From assembly GCF_963506605.1 (NCBI RefSeq), contig NC_083283.1:83824001-83888000 (forward strand): 64,000 nucleotides of DNA, in the 5' to 3' direction. The notes beneath the pieces are model-generated. The model was not told the DNA's origin and did no database searches. It saw nothing but the letters and a program-made list of their open reading frames with translations. Numbering within the stretch: position 1 is the first letter of the stretch; every line of letters begins with the position of its first letter. Positions 62,668 through 64,000 of the stretch are shown here, in pieces. The position numbers and the translations under genes are program-made. This stretch comes from Zootoca vivipara. Taxonomy: Eukaryota.

Positions 62668-63770
62668 TCCTAGATTGACGCCACCAGGATACCTGCACCC
62701 TTCCGGCCTCCCCCACCATCTCATCCCTCTCGCTCCCAGTGAGCAGCAGTGACACGCTTACCAGGAAGCAAGTGTTGCTGCTCCTCCCCTCTGGGTGACC
62801 CACTTCTAATCAAATCACCGCTCCACACTGTGATCTTTTATAACTAAAGGAATAAGCAAGGCATGTAGTATCCACTAGATGGCCCCCCTCAGAAAACACT
62901 GCACTCCTGGCAAATGATTTCTTCACTTTTGCTTTTAGTCACGCACGGCAATATTTTGCCAGTACTTCTTTCCTATAGATTCCAACGGGGCCAGAAAACC
63001 TTCGTAACTTTTGAACTGCCAATCAGAACTTCACCAACACACTTGAATAAAGTACCTCAGTAGTTTCCATCAAAATTTGAAATAAATATATGCTGCTGTT
63101 GTTGTTTTTTTAAAAAAACCTTGGGTAATGGGGTCAGTGTCAATTTTCAGCACCTAAGTCCATTGTACCTGTGGTGGGGGTTTTTATATATAGAATCAGA
63201 TTGATTTGAAATTTGGCCTTTTTTGCAGACTTCATCTGGTAGATCATGTACGCCAACTTTCAAGTTATTGGCCCAACAGATTCCATTTGTATAAGCCGTA
63301 GTAGAGTGTAGAATATTGAGACTTAAAAATTGTTTGGGGGGGTTGCTTTTGCAGCTCACCTTAAGTATAGGCACACTACCATAATCCTATTATTAAGTGC
63401 TGAGTGGAGCCAGTTTCAATTCTACTTCCAGCTGTTTGCATAAAAGTAATGCCTCAGCAGCGCTAAATGACCTAGTGTGCAAAGGGCCTCTATCAATGCT
63501 GTCAAGAGTGAGAGGGGAAAACAAACAGCAAATAACATTTTTATTTGCCCAAGCTTTTAAATGCTTGTATTTTCAGTGCCTTGAAATGTTTTGTTACCAT
63601 CAGTTTTATGGTATTGTTGTTTAATATTCATAAGTGTTTTTTTTTAATTCCTATGTATACTGCCCTGAAATCCATCCATGGATGAAGGAATAGTTTATAC
63701 ATTTCATAACTATCAGGCAATGTAGCAAATGCATTTCCATCCATGAGGTCTGCAAACATTTTATTTTTAT

Positions 63771-64000
63771 GTTAAACCACAGAGCCTAGGGCTTGCAGAT
63801 CAGAAAGTCGGTGGTTCTAATCCCCATGACGGGGTGAGCTCCTGTTGTTCACTCCTTGCTCCTGCCAACCTAGCAGTTCAAAAGCACGAAGTGCAAGTAG
63901 ATAAATATGTACCGCTCCAGCGGGAAGGTAAACGGCGATTCCATGCACTGCTCTGGTTCACCAGAAGCGGCTTAGTCATGCTGGCCACATGACCTGGACT
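63771..64000 (+). mobile_element. Sauria SINE, truncated by the window end
   Basis: Aligns with 29606-29834. Confidence 0.88.

Noticed and set aside
1-64000. Alpha constant exons, C-type exons and HS5-1 enhancer; individual gene numbers
   Set aside because: These are expected downstream, beyond base 1, and were not seen. Lizard alpha paralogs cannot be numbered against mammalian genes by eye.

Overview
Vertebrate genomic DNA from a squamate reptile, probably a lacertid lizard (inferred from Sauria SINE, BovB, CR1, L2, Penelope and Helitron content). Bases 1-37.8 kb are the 5' end of the clustered protocadherin-alpha locus on the minus strand. There are six complete variable exons (~2.36 kb each: signal peptide, EC1-EC6, TM, variable cytoplasmic segment, phase-0 GT donor) and one exon cut by the window edge. 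Each has a CSE/CTCF promoter element about 170-230 bp upstream. The alpha constant exons lie outside the window. Just upstream of the first intact exon is a heavily decayed protocadherin exon of non-alpha type (about 39.1-40.9 kb) that still has a CSE-like site. Bases 41-64 kb are repeat-rich flank with an assembly gap. The most notable observations: (1) the non-alpha relic exon; (2) an unspliced MMGT1/EMC5 exon 1-intron 1 fragment fused to a CR1 tail, placing a CpG-rich patch between two variable exons; (3) CpG-free promoter and exonic CTCF sites in two exons, plus loss of the exonic site in two others; (4) gene-conversion tracts bounded by domain limits; (5) a 952-bp Penelope palindrome carrying two hammerhead ribozymes; (6) a Helitron-borne CTCF motif facing away from the cluster. 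All calls were read by eye, with no database searches. Repeat boundaries without TSDs are approximate.
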